Source: Candidatus Eiseniibacteriota bacterium (GTDB taxonomy: Bacteria > Eisenbacteria > RBG-16-71-46 > CAZEPH01). Taken from it: a stretch of 50,937 nucleotides of DNA. A model generated the notes under the pieces. That model was not told the origin of the DNA and made no database searches. It worked only from the letters and a program-made list of their open reading frames with translations. Within the stretch, counting starts at the first letter, position 1. Each line of letters opens with the position of its first letter. Where the stretch lies: assembly GCA_044229145.1 (NCBI GenBank), contig JBGATO010000027.1, positions 1 through 50,937 on the forward strand, read 5' to 3'. This document shows positions 1 to 8,867 of the stretch, piece after piece. Position numbers and translations under genes: made by a program.

Positions 1-226
1 CGTCGGCATCGAGATCGCGAATCGCGCGGTAGGCGGATAGTCCGTTGGCGTCGGGCAGACGCAGGTCGAGCAACACCAGCTCGGGCTGCGTGTCACGCAC
101 CGCATCGGCTCCGGCACGCGCGCTGTGCGCGACGCGCACCTCGTAGCCGTCGTCGGTCAAAGTGTGCTGCAGGAAGTCACAGACCGCGGTGTGATCGTCG
201 ACGACCAGAATCGTTGCGCGCCTCAT
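1..226 (-). CDS. Response regulator, N-terminal receiver domain (partial; runs off the left edge)
   Basis: Not in the ORF track. Manual translation gives MRRATILVVDDHTAVCDFLQHTLTDDGYEV...PELVLLDLRLPDANGL, with the receiver VVDD and phospho-Asp LLD-LP-GL motifs. An AAGGAG RBS lies upstream. Confidence 0.88.
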   Translation of the reverse strand, partial: MRRATILVVDDHTAVCDFLQHTLTDDGYEVRVAHSARAGADAVRDTQPELVLLDLRLPDANGLSAYRAIRDLDAD

Positions 227-256
227 GCGGCTCTCCTTGCCTTGCGGCTCAGCGTC

Positions 257-290
257 GGTCAGGCGCCCGGCCTCCGCCGGGCGCGTGACC
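257..290. terminator. GC-rich stem-loop after the nucleotide-sugar dehydrogenase (possible terminator or stabilising hairpin)
   Basis: Inverted repeat GGTCA-G-GCGCCCGGC / GCCGGGCGC-G-TGACC with a 4-nt loop. There is no U-tract. Confidence 0.35.
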
Positions 291-303
291 GCGCCACGGA
301 GGG

Positions 304-1602
304 CTACAGGCGGTGAATGTGGGGAGAACGCACCGTCGCGAGCGCGTTCCGCGTGTCGACGATCAGCCGGGACGCCTTGGCGACCTGCTTCCAGTCGATC
401 GACGAGTGGGCGGTGGTGATCACCACGCAGTCCGCCCTTTTCAAAGTACTCGGGGAAAGTGGCTTCGACTTGAGGTCGAAGGCCTCGGATTTCAGCCGCG
501 GAACCCAAGGATCGTGGTACTCCACGATCGCGCCCTGCTGCTCCAGCATGTGCATGATGTCGAGCGCTGGCGATTCCCGGGTGTCGTCGATATCTGCTTT
601 GTACGCAACACCTAAGAACAGCAGCCGCGAACCGTTGACCGGCTTCTTCACGGTGTTCAGCGCGGCACCGACTTTGTGCACGACGTGGTGCGGCATCTGC
701 GCGTTGACCTCGCCAGCCAGTTCGATGAAGCGCGCCTCGAACCCCACCGACTTCGCCTTCCAGGATAGATAGTATGGGTCGATCGGGATGCAGTGGCCGC
801 CGAGGCCCGGGCCGGGGTAGAACGGCATGAAGCCGAACGGCTTCGAGGCCGCCGCGTCGATGACCTCCCACACGTCGAGGTGCATGCGGTCGCACATCAG
901 GGCCAACTCATTGACCAGGCCGATGTTGACGCTGCGGAAGGTGTTCTCGATGAGCTTTACCATCTCGGCCACGCGCGTGCTGGACACCGGAATGACGTGG
1001 TCGATCGTGCTACTGTAGAGCTTCTGGGCGAGCCGGGTGCATGCCGGTGTCACCCCGCCGACCACCTTCGGGATGTTGCGGGTCAGGAATTGGGGATTGC
1101 CGGGGTCCACGCGCTCGGGGGAGAACGCGAGGAAGAAGTCCTCGCCCACCTTCAGCCCGGTCTGCTCGAGCATCGGCAGGATGAGCTCATCCGTGGTGCC
1201 CGGATACGTGGTGGACTCCAGGACGATCAGCTGTCCCGGGTGCAGGTAGCGCGCGATCTCCTCGACCGCGGCGACGATGTACGAGACGTCGGGGTCGCGC
1301 GACTTGCGCAACGGCGTCGGGACGCAGATCGAGACCGTGTCGCACGAGCGCAGCGCGGCGAAATCCGTCCCGGCGGACAAGCGGCCCGCCTTCACGAACT
1401 TCCGGACGTCGGCGGCAGGCACGTCCTTGATGTGCGAGTCGCCGGCGGAGACGGTGTCGACCTTGAAGGCATCGACGTCCATGCCGTGGACCTCGAAGCC
1501 GGCGCGCGCGAATTCCACCGCCAGCGGCAAGCCGACGTATCCCAGCCCGATCACTCCAACCCGTGTCTTCTTGTCGCGAATCTTGCGTTCCAACGCGTGC
1601 AC
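304..1602 (-). CDS. UDP-glucose/GDP-mannose dehydrogenase family protein (WbpA/WecC-like nucleotide-sugar 6-dehydrogenase)
   Basis: Motifs GLGYVGLPLA (Rossmann), CVPTP, ESTTYPGTT, SPER, KLIENTFR and catalytic GGHCIP. Confidence 0.93.
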   Translation of the reverse strand: MHALERKIRDKKTRVGVIGLGYVGLPLAVEFARAGFEVHGMDVDAFKVDTVSAGDSHIKDVPAADVRKFVKAGRLSAGTDFAALRSCDTVSICVPTPLRKSRDPDVSYIVAAVEEIARYLHPGQLIVLESTTYPGTTDELILPMLEQTGLKVGEDFFLAFSPERVDPGNPQFLTRNIPKVVGGVTPACTRLAQKLYSSTIDHVIPVSSTRVAEMVKLIENTFRSVNIGLVNELALMCDRMHLDVWEVIDAAASKPFGFMPFYPGPGLGGHCIPIDPYYLSWKAKSVGFEARFIELAGEVNAQMPHHVVHKVGAALNTVKKPVNGSRLLFLGVAYKADIDDTRESPALDIMHMLEQQGAIVEYHDPWVPRLKSEAFDLKSKPLSPSTLKRADCVVITTAHSSIDWKQVAKASRLIVDTRNALATVRSPHIHRL

Positions 1603-1612
1603 GAGACTCTCC

Positions 1613-2530
1613 CTAGGAACCGGCGAGGTAGGCCACCATCACACCCACCTGCGCGGCCACGACCATCAAGTACATGTTGCGCCACGACGGATGGTTGGCG
1701 TCGGTGGCGAGGCTGTCCGGAGCGACCAGGAGCGACCGTGCGGTCCAGGCGCCCCACGCCGCGAGACCGAATCCCAAGCCGATGAGCCAGCGCGGATCGC
1801 CGGTGAGGATGCCGGCGTACGCGCCCGCCACGAAACCGAGAAACGGCACCACGAAGAACGGGGCGATGCGCCACGCCGCTCCCCGCGCGCCGAAACGGAC
1901 AGGCAGGGTAACACACCCATGCGCCCGGTCACCGGCCATGTCGGCAAAATCCTTACTGCTGGTGGCCCCGAGGAGAAAGAGACCGAAGATGCCGCCGATG
2001 GCCCACGCCTCCGCGGTCCCCATCGCCGGACGGGCTAGCGACCAGCCGGCCATCTTGAGCAAAGTACCGCGCGGCAGCGCGATGGTGACGTTCGCCCACA
2101 GCCAGTGCCGTTTGGTCCGCCACGGCGGTGCGCTGTAGATGTAGGTGCAGAGCGCGGCGACGCTGGCATAGAGCCCCGTTTCCCACCCCAGGCTCCACGC
2201 ACAGCCGAGGGCGAGGAGGTAGAGCAATCCGCTGACGCGCGCGGCGTCGCCGATCGTCAGCGTGCCGGCCGGCAGCGGGCGGAGTGGTTTGTTGATGCGG
2301 TCGAGCGGTAGGTCGTAGATCTGATTGAGTGCGTTCGACGCACCATTGAGCAGCATCGCCATGAGCGTGCCGAGGGCGATGCGGAGGATCAGCTGCGGGG
2401 TCCAGGCCAGTGCCGCCTCGTCGCCGGGGTGCGCGCACGCGGCCACGACCGCACCGGACACCATCCCCAGCCCCGGCACCAACAAGGTGAAGGGGCGCAC
2501 CAGGTCCCAGCAAGCGCGGAACTTCGACAT
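1613..2530 (-). CDS. UbiA-superfamily prenyltransferase (homogentisate-prenyltransferase/chlorophyll-synthase-like motifs)
   Basis: ATG at 2530. Motifs VRPFTL, NQIYDLPLDRINKPLRPLPAG, YSAPPWRTKR and KDFADMAGDR, plus several TM segments. Confidence 0.88.
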   Translation of the reverse strand: MSKFRACWDLVRPFTLLVPGLGMVSGAVVAACAHPGDEAALAWTPQLILRIALGTLMAMLLNGASNALNQIYDLPLDRINKPLRPLPAGTLTIGDAARVSGLLYLLALGCAWSLGWETGLYASVAALCTYIYSAPPWRTKRHWLWANVTIALPRGTLLKMAGWSLARPAMGTAEAWAIGGIFGLFLLGATSSKDFADMAGDRAHGCVTLPVRFGARGAAWRIAPFFVVPFLGFVAGAYAGILTGDPRWLIGLGFGLAAWGAWTARSLLVAPDSLATDANHPSWRNMYLMVVAAQVGVMVAYLAGS

Positions 2531-2844
2531 CACGCGGCGCCGTCCGCATGTCGCTCGCGCGCGGCGGCTTCGCGTTCGAGGGCGCGCTTCTCGCGCCAGC
2601 CGTCGCGCCACTGACGCGTGCCGCGGTACAGCGCGTACACGGCGAAGGCGATCAAGATCCCGAGCAGTGCCTTGCCCTGCTGTTCGCCGAGCGGTGTCAC
2701 CTGAGCGGACTCGTACGCCAACACACACACGGCGAGCCCGAGCACGATTTGCCCGCCGCCGTAGATCAGCGCGGTCTGCGCCTTGGCTTCGCGCGCGCGG
2801 CGGTGTTCGCGTTGTTCGGCGGGTGTAAGGCCGGGCTGTTGCAT
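2530..2844 (-). CDS. Small hypothetical membrane protein (2 predicted TM helices)
   Basis: MQQPGLTPAEQREH... (104 aa) has two hydrophobic stretches and fills the gap between neighbours, with a stop/start overlap at 2530. Confidence 0.7.
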   Translation of the reverse strand: MQQPGLTPAEQREHRRAREAKAQTALIYGGGQIVLGLAVCVLAYESAQVTPLGEQQGKALLGILIAFAVYALYRGTRQWRDGWREKRALEREAAARERHADGAA

Positions 2845-2852
2845 GCGCGCGC

Positions 2853-4586
2853 TTACCGCACGACCACGATGCGGCCGCTGGCGGAGGCGTCGCGCCCGTC
2901 GCGCCGCGACGCCGTGAGGTGCACGAAGTAGACGCCCGGGGCGAGATCGGCCGTCACACGCGCGCGATTGTCGCCGGCACGTGCGCCGGGCGATCCGCCG
3001 ATGGACGCGGGAATCTCTTGCCGCTCGACGACACGTCCGCGCACGTCGGCCACGGTCAGGGTCACCGGCGCCGCATCCGGCAGGTAGTAATGCACGTCGA
3101 ACGGCTGGCCCGTGCGCGCCGGCGACGGCACACTGCCGATGCCGGTGATCGTGAGTCCGGGGCCATAGAGCACAACGACGGTCGACGCCGACGCGACGAT
3201 CTGCGCGTCGGCATCCGGCGCGGGTTGCCGCCACAGCGTGAAGCTCAGTTGATGGCTCCCGACATCGGTCGGCGACGACGCCCACTGCACCGGCACGCGG
3301 AGGATGCCGAGCGTGTGCGCGCGGACCGTCGTGTCGCCGGCCGCGAGCCGCGTCGTGCCGGCGGCCGTGCGATCCTCGAGCGTCCAGCGCAGGGGATCAT
3401 TCGCCGGGCCGAAACCGCTGGCATGCGCGGTCAGCGTGAGCCCGAGCGTCTGTCCGGCGTTTGGCGGCGCGCCGGCGGAGCTGCGCTCCCACCGCACGTC
3501 GAGATCCCCCGGCGTGATGGACCACGACGGCAGCGCCGGTGCCCCGGTGAACTGCCCTCCGATGCTGCGCAGCACGCGTTCGACGGTGTAGCCGATGGTC
3601 GTGATGAGGTCGTAGCGCAGCGAGTCCGCGGTATCGCGCCGCGTGTCGTAGACGTTGGTGCCGCGCCAATGCGTGAAGGGTTGTTCGGGCAGGTAATGCT
3701 CGGCGAACGTGACGGCCTGGATCCCGGCCTCCCAAAAGCTGAAGTGATCGCTGTTCGCCAGCCCTGGTTGCGCGAGAATGGCGATCTCGTCGAGCGCCGG
3801 CCAACTCGCCGCGTTTTCCGCGGCGCACGCCCGCGCCAGCCACAGCGACTCGCCGTTGTGCAGGATCTCGGTGCGCAGGTAGTCCGGATTGTAGCCAATG
3901 GTATCGAGGTCGATGTAGAGCAGCACCGTATCACCGGCGGCACGGCGCTCACGCACGAACGCGCGGCTCCCCTGCAGTCCCGGCAACTCTTCGGCATCGA
4001 AGAACGCCACCATCAGATCGAACGGGAAGGACGCGTGCGCGAGATTGCGTGCCGCGAGCAGCGTGGCGGCCATGCCGCTCGCGTTGTCGTCGGCTCCGGC
4101 CGCGTTGAGGGTCTGCCAGTGATCGGTCCACGCCGCGCCTTCGCGCAGGCCGCTGCTATCCCAGTGTCCCCCGAGCACCACGACCGGACGACGGCCGTCG
4201 AGAAGACTGTCCTGCCCGAAGCTGGCGCTGCGCGTCGCAAACCGGCCGACGACGTTGACGCCGGTCGTCGTCAACTCCGTGCCTCCGGTGGCCCAGGTGC
4301 ACGGAAAGCCCTCGAGCGCCACCGACGCGCCGAGCGCTTCGAGGCGGCGCTGCAGGAACGGCACCGCTTCGCCCTGGGCTTCGGGGCGAAAGGTGAAGCG
4401 CGTGCGCCAATTCGCGGGATCGTCGTTCGCCGGATGCGCGGGGACGTGATAGCAGAGTGTGTCGATGACGCCGCGCACCCACAGCGAATCGGCGTGGTAG
4501 GTAGCCGGCGGTACCGACGCGGCGGACGCGGCGCGCGCCGCGGAGAGCAGAGTCACGAGGAAAACGAGCAGGCGGCGGACGGTCAT
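2853..4586 (-). CDS. Secreted M28-family metallopeptidase with Ig-like and C-terminal FlgD-Ig/T9SS-CTD-like domains
   Basis: Signal peptide; motifs GGHWDS, GADDNASG, DAEE, SDHFSF; C-terminal VTLTVADVRGRVV...LAPGVYFVHL. Confidence 0.85.
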   Translation of the reverse strand: MTVRRLLVFLVTLLSAARAASAASVPPATYHADSLWVRGVIDTLCYHVPAHPANDDPANWRTRFTFRPEAQGEAVPFLQRRLEALGASVALEGFPCTWATGGTELTTTGVNVVGRFATRSASFGQDSLLDGRRPVVVLGGHWDSSGLREGAAWTDHWQTLNAAGADDNASGMAATLLAARNLAHASFPFDLMVAFFDAEELPGLQGSRAFVRERRAAGDTVLLYIDLDTIGYNPDYLRTEILHNGESLWLARACAAENAASWPALDEIAILAQPGLANSDHFSFWEAGIQAVTFAEHYLPEQPFTHWRGTNVYDTRRDTADSLRYDLITTIGYTVERVLRSIGGQFTGAPALPSWSITPGDLDVRWERSSAGAPPNAGQTLGLTLTAHASGFGPANDPLRWTLEDRTAAGTTRLAAGDTTVRAHTLGILRVPVQWASSPTDVGSHQLSFTLWRQPAPDADAQIVASASTVVVLYGPGLTITGIGSVPSPARTGQPFDVHYYLPDAAPVTLTVADVRGRVVERQEIPASIGGSPGARAGDNRARVTADLAPGVYFVHLTASRRDGRDASASGRIVVVR

Positions 4587-5317
4587 GGCTTCTCCGCGAC
4601 GAGCAGCTGCACGGCGCCGAATCCCAGCCGGCGCGCGCTCCGCAGTCGCAATCCGGCACGCGCGAGGTGCGCGCCAAGCGTGGCTTCATCCTTGTAGCCG
4701 AGGACCGACGCCGACAGATAGTCGTAGGCATCGGCGTCGCGCGTGAACAGCCGCGCCAGCCGCGGCACCAGCGCGCCGACGAACAGGCGCTGCACCGTCG
4801 CCACCACCCCGCGCGGCGGCGGCGGCGCGAGTTCGAGAATCGCCAGCCGGCCGCCGGCACGCAGCACGCGCGCCATCTCGGCCAGCGCCTCGTCGGTGCG
4901 ATGCAGGTTGCGCAAGCCGAAGGCGATCGTGATGCCATCGACGCACGTCGCGGGCAGCGGCAGCGTGTAGGCGTCCGAGGTGACACACGGAATGGTCGCG
5001 GCCTCGCGCGGGTGCGCGGCATTGCCCACCGCCTGCATGCGATGCGAGCCGTCGCAAGCGATCACCGTGCGGCCAGGCCGCGCGAGGATGCGCGAGAGGT
5101 CGCCGGTGCCGCTGCACAGATCGAGCACCACATGGGCGTCGTCGCCGAGCGACGCGGCGGTCGCGCGGCGCCATCCCTGATCGAGGCCGAGTGACAGGAC
5201 GCGGTTGAGGCGGTCGTAGACGGGCGCGATGCGCGAGAACATGCGCGGGCTGCCACCGCCTTCGGGAACGAGGGCGGTCAGGCGCGGTGTGGCGTTGGTG
5301 GCGGGCGGCGCGATCAT
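4583..5317 (-). CDS. ubiE: UbiE/MenG-family quinone C-methyltransferase
   Basis: Motifs MFSRIAPVYDRLNRVLSLGLDQGWRR, SAM-binding DLCSGTGDL and IAFGLRN. The start is moved to ATG 5317 because the longer ORF overlaps the tRNA. Confidence 0.88.
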   Translation of the reverse strand: MIAPPATNATPRLTALVPEGGGSPRMFSRIAPVYDRLNRVLSLGLDQGWRRATAASLGDDAHVVLDLCSGTGDLSRILARPGRTVIACDGSHRMQAVGNAAHPREAATIPCVTSDAYTLPLPATCVDGITIAFGLRNLHRTDEALAEMARVLRAGGRLAILELAPPPPRGVVATVQRLFVGALVPRLARLFTRDADAYDYLSASVLGYKDEATLGAHLARAGLRLRSARRLGFGAVQLLVAEKP

Positions 5318-5358
5318 GGCGTGACCGTCATCCCGGGGAACCGCTGGCGCGGTGCGTG

Positions 5359-5435
5359 TGGTGCGCCCGGCAGGATTCGAACCTGCGGCCTTTTGCTCCG
5401 GAGGCAAACGCTCTATCCAGCTGAGCTACGGGCGC
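5359..5435 (-). tRNA. tRNA-Arg (anticodon CCG) with encoded CCA
   Basis: GCGCCCGTAGCTCAGCTGGATAGAGCGTTTGCCT-CCG-GAGCAAAAGGCCGCAGGTTCGAATCCTGCCGGGCGCACCA folds as a cloverleaf with a GTTCGAATC T-loop. Confidence 0.97.
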
Positions 5436-6536
5436 GCCGATCGATGGCATCCACGTCCTTGTCGCCGCGTCCCGACAGGTTCACCAGGACGATCGCGTCG
5501 CGGCCGAGTTCGGCGGCCACACGGCGCGCATGGGCGATGGCGTGAGCCGATTCGAGGGCCGGGATGATGCCTTCGAGACGGGCCAACGTGTGGAAGGCGT
5601 CGAGCGCCTCTCCATCGGACACGTATGTATACTCCGCGCGGCCCTGGTCCCGCAACCAGCTATGCTCGGGTCCGATCGCCGGGTAGTCGAGCCCCGCGGA
5701 GATCGAATGGGTGGCGCGAATCTGGCCGGCGGCGTCTTGCAGCACGTAGGTGCGGGTGCCGTGCAGCACGCCGACGCCGTCCTCGGCCATACGGGCAGCG
5801 TGGCGTCCGCTGGCGATGCCTTCCCCGCCGGCTTCGACGCCGATGAGCCGCACCGCGGCGTCGCCGAGGAATGCGGTGAAGATGCCCATGGCATTGCTGC
5901 CGCCGCCGACGCACGCGACCACCGCGTCCGGGAGCCGGCCTTCGCGCGCGAGGATTTGCGCACGTGCTTCGTGGCCGATCACGGATTGGCCGTCCAGTCC
6001 CGCATCGCTTCGTTGATGGCGTCCTTGAGCGTCCGGCTGCCGCTGTCGACGCCGACCACCGTCGCGCCGAGCATCCGCATGCGCACGACGTTGAGCGCCT
6101 GCCGCTCCATGTCCTCGGTGCCCATGTAGACGACACACTCGAGGCCGAGCAGCGCGCACGCGGTCGCGGTGGCGACGCCGTGCTGTCCCGCGCCAGTTTC
6201 GGCGATGACCCGTCGCTTCCCCATGCGGGCCGCGAGCAAGCACTGTCCGACCGTGTTGTTGATCTTGTGTGCGCCGGTGTGCGTGAGGTCTTCGCGTTTC
6301 AGCCACAGACGCGCGCCGCCGCTCGCTTCGGTCACCCGCGCCGCGTGGTAGAGCGGCGTCGGACGGCCGACGAAGTCGCGCAGCAGGTCGTCGACGCGCT
6401 GCTGGAATGCCGCATCGCCCCGCGCGGCGTGATACGCCGCGTCGAGTTCGACGAGTGCCGCGCGCAGCGACTCCGGCGCGTACTGACCGCCGTACGGGCC
6501 GAAGTGTCCGGTATCATCGGGGCCGCTCTGCATCAC
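5413..6536 (-). pseudogene. trpB: Tryptophan synthase beta chain, split by an internal deletion and frameshift near 5988 (as assembled)
   Basis: The N-terminal part has GHFGPYGG and [16 protein letters not shown] and ends [10 protein letters not shown]. The C-terminal part resumes in another frame at QSVIG...GGGSNA...GLDYP...NLSGRGDKD. The conserved GPHPYP segment is absent. Confidence 0.88.
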
Positions 6537-7210
6537 GCATCCTCCTCGCGCCCGGCCAACACGCGCAGGGCGGCGGCCGGATCGTCGGCGCGCATCAACG
6601 CCTCCCCGATGAGCACAGCGTGGGCGCCGGCCGCGTGCGCCCGCGCGACATCGGCGGGGGTTCGCAGCGCGCTCTCCGCCACACGCACGCAGCCGTCCGG
6701 GATGCGCGCCAGCAGGCGTGCGGCTGTCTCGGCATCCTCTCCGAAGGTCGCGAAATCACGCGCATTGACGCCCACGACGCGCGCGCCCGCCGCCAACGCG
6801 GCGTCGATTTCCCCTGCATCGTGCGTCTCGACCACGGCATCGAGATGCGCCGCGGCACACGCGGCGATGAACGCCGGCAGCTCCGCACCGACCACGCGCA
6901 CCATCAGCAAGATGGCGTCGGCGCCGCGCGCGTGCGCGTCGGCGATCTGCCACGCGTCGACGACGACACCCGCGCGATAGGCGCGGGCCCAGGCGCGATG
7001 GTCGAGGCCGGCGCGCAGGACGCCTTTCGACGGCGATCGCTCTTTGACTTCGGCGATGACCCGCGGGCCGCCGCCCGGACGCGGGTTCGCCAAGGTCGAG
7101 GCAAACCATCCGGGGCGCAGCGGGCGATACCGTGCGGGGAGTGTGTCCGTGCATCGCTGGGCCACTTCGGTGCGCTTGCGCTCCACCAGGGCGGTCAGGA
7201 AGTCGCTCAC
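6533..7210 (-). pseudogene. trpC: Indole-3-glycerol-phosphate synthase with an in-frame internal deletion of about 36 codons near 6966
   Basis: GTG start at 7210; 225 aa. IAEVKERSPSKG, GADAILL, GVNAR, VAES and LIGEALM are present, but SVLTD...GS...PVLRKDF is missing (reads AYRAG|VVVDAWQI). Confidence 0.85.
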
Positions 7211-8232
7211 CCGGCGTCTCCGGCCACCAAGCGGCGGCGCACGCGTTCCACCACGTCCCACGGCGCACCGGTGGCGAGCACCGCGCGCGCGCGCGCCACG
7301 CCGTCCGCGAGATCCGCGGCATGACCGGCGACGTGCAACGCCGCGGCAGCGTTGAGCGCCACCACCGCGCTCGCGGGGTCGTCGTGTCCCTGCAACAGGC
7401 GCTGCGCACGGGCCGCGTTCTCTGCGACATCCCCGCCGCGTAACGCTGCCAGCGCCACCGGCTCGACGCCTGCCGTGCGCGGATCGAGCACGAACTCGCG
7501 CACCGTGCCGGCATGCCATTCGGCCACCTGGGTCGGTCCCTCGGTGGCGATCTCATCCAACCCGCCGAAGCCATGCACGACCCACGCGCGCTCGGCACCC
7601 AGCGCTCCAAGCGCTTCCGCCAACGGCCGCGTCCACGCGGCATGGAACACACCGACCACCTGAAACGGCGCGTGCGCGGGATTCGACAGCGGGCCGACGA
7701 GATTGAACACGGTGCGGATGCCGATGTCGCGCCGCGGTTCGGCAGCGTGCTTCATCGCCGCGTGGAACACCGGGGCGAACAAGAACGCGAAGTACTCCTC
7801 GCGCAAGCAGGCCGCGAGCGAGGTAGGCGATGCGGCGAGGGGCACGCCAAAGGCCTCGAGAACATCCGCGCTCCCGGCGCGGCTCGACACCGACCGGTTC
7901 CCGTGCTTGGCCACCGGCACACCGCACGCTGCCACCACCAGGGCCGCGCAAGTGGACACGTTCAGCGTGTGCAGACCATCGCCGCCGGTGCCGCAGGTGT
8001 CGACGACGCCAGGCGGGACGTCGGGCAACTCGAGCGCGTGATCGCGCAACGCGCGCGCCGCGCCCGCCAACTCGGCCGCGGTCTCGCCCTTCATGCGCCA
8101 CGCGGTGAGCAAGGCGGCGATTTGCGCGGGGCTGGCCTCACCGGCGACGATGGCCGCGACCGCGGCGCGCGCCTCCTCGGCGCTGAGGGCATGGCCGTCC
8201 ACGAGACGGCGCAGGGCATCGACGACGACCAC
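7207..8232 (-). CDS. trpD: Anthranilate phosphoribosyltransferase
   Basis: Motifs DTCGTGGDG, NVST, AKHGNRSVSSRAGSAD and RTVFNLVGPLSNP. GTG start at 8232 after AGGGGAG. Confidence 0.95.
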   Translation of the reverse strand: MVVVDALRRLVDGHALSAEEARAAVAAIVAGEASPAQIAALLTAWRMKGETAAELAGAARALRDHALELPDVPPGVVDTCGTGGDGLHTLNVSTCAALVVAACGVPVAKHGNRSVSSRAGSADVLEAFGVPLAASPTSLAACLREEYFAFLFAPVFHAAMKHAAEPRRDIGIRTVFNLVGPLSNPAHAPFQVVGVFHAAWTRPLAEALGALGAERAWVVHGFGGLDEIATEGPTQVAEWHAGTVREFVLDPRTAGVEPVALAALRGGDVAENAARAQRLLQGHDDPASAVVALNAAAALHVAGHAADLADGVARARAVLATGAPWDVVERVRRRLVAGDAG

Positions 8233-8246
8233 GCGGGGCCGCTCCC

Positions 8247-8834
8247 CTACGTGGACGCGGAGCGCGCGTGGGTCGCGCGCAGGAAGTTCGCGAGCAGCGG
8301 CTTGCCTTCTTCCGTGAGGATCGACTCGGGGTGGAACTGCACGCCCCACAGCGGGTGCTGGACGTGCTCGATCCCCATCACCTCGTCCTCCGGCGTCCAG
8401 GCGGTCACGCGCAGGGTGCGCGGCAGGCTCGCCCGCTCGACGATCAGCGAGTGATAGCGGGTGGCGTGGAAGGGATTGTCGAGCCCTTCGAAGAGCCCGC
8501 GGCCGGAGTGGATGATCGCCGAGGTCTTGCCGTGCATGAGCCGCTCGGCGTGAGACACCGTGGCGCCGAACACATGCGCCAGCGCCTGGTGCCCCAGACA
8601 CACCCCCAACAATGGCCAGCGCCCCGGAGCCGCGCGGATCACATCGAGTGACACGCGCGCGTCTTCGGGGCGCCCGGGACCCGGCGAAATCACGATGCCA
8701 GCCGGATCGAGCGCGATCACCTCGTCGAGAGTGATCGCGTCATTGCGATAGACCTGCGGATCGGCGCCGAGTTCCCCGAGGTACTGCACCAGGTTCCACG
8801 TGAACGAATCGTAGTTGTCGATCACGAGGACCAC
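8247..8834 (-). CDS. trpG: Anthranilate/aminodeoxychorismate synthase component II (glutamine amidotransferase)
   Basis: Motifs [23 protein letters not shown] and QFHPES. Confidence 0.94.
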   Translation of the reverse strand: MVLVIDNYDSFTWNLVQYLGELGADPQVYRNDAITLDEVIALDPAGIVISPGPGRPEDARVSLDVIRAAPGRWPLLGVCLGHQALAHVFGATVSHAERLMHGKTSAIIHSGRGLFEGLDNPFHATRYHSLIVERASLPRTLRVTAWTPEDEVMGIEHVQHPLWGVQFHPESILTEEGKPLLANFLRATHARSAST

Positions 8835-8867
8835 GGTGTCACCCCCGAGCGCCCGGCACGCCGCCGG

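Noticed and set aside
5359..5435. tRNA-Arg as an integration site for an island or prophage
   Set aside because: I saw no integrase, no duplicated tRNA 3' end and no compositional shift, and the flanking genes are housekeeping.
5979..6000. Programmed frameshifting as the explanation for the split trpB and PTS IIB
   Set aside because: Conserved coding sequence is physically missing at both junctions and there is no slippery site.
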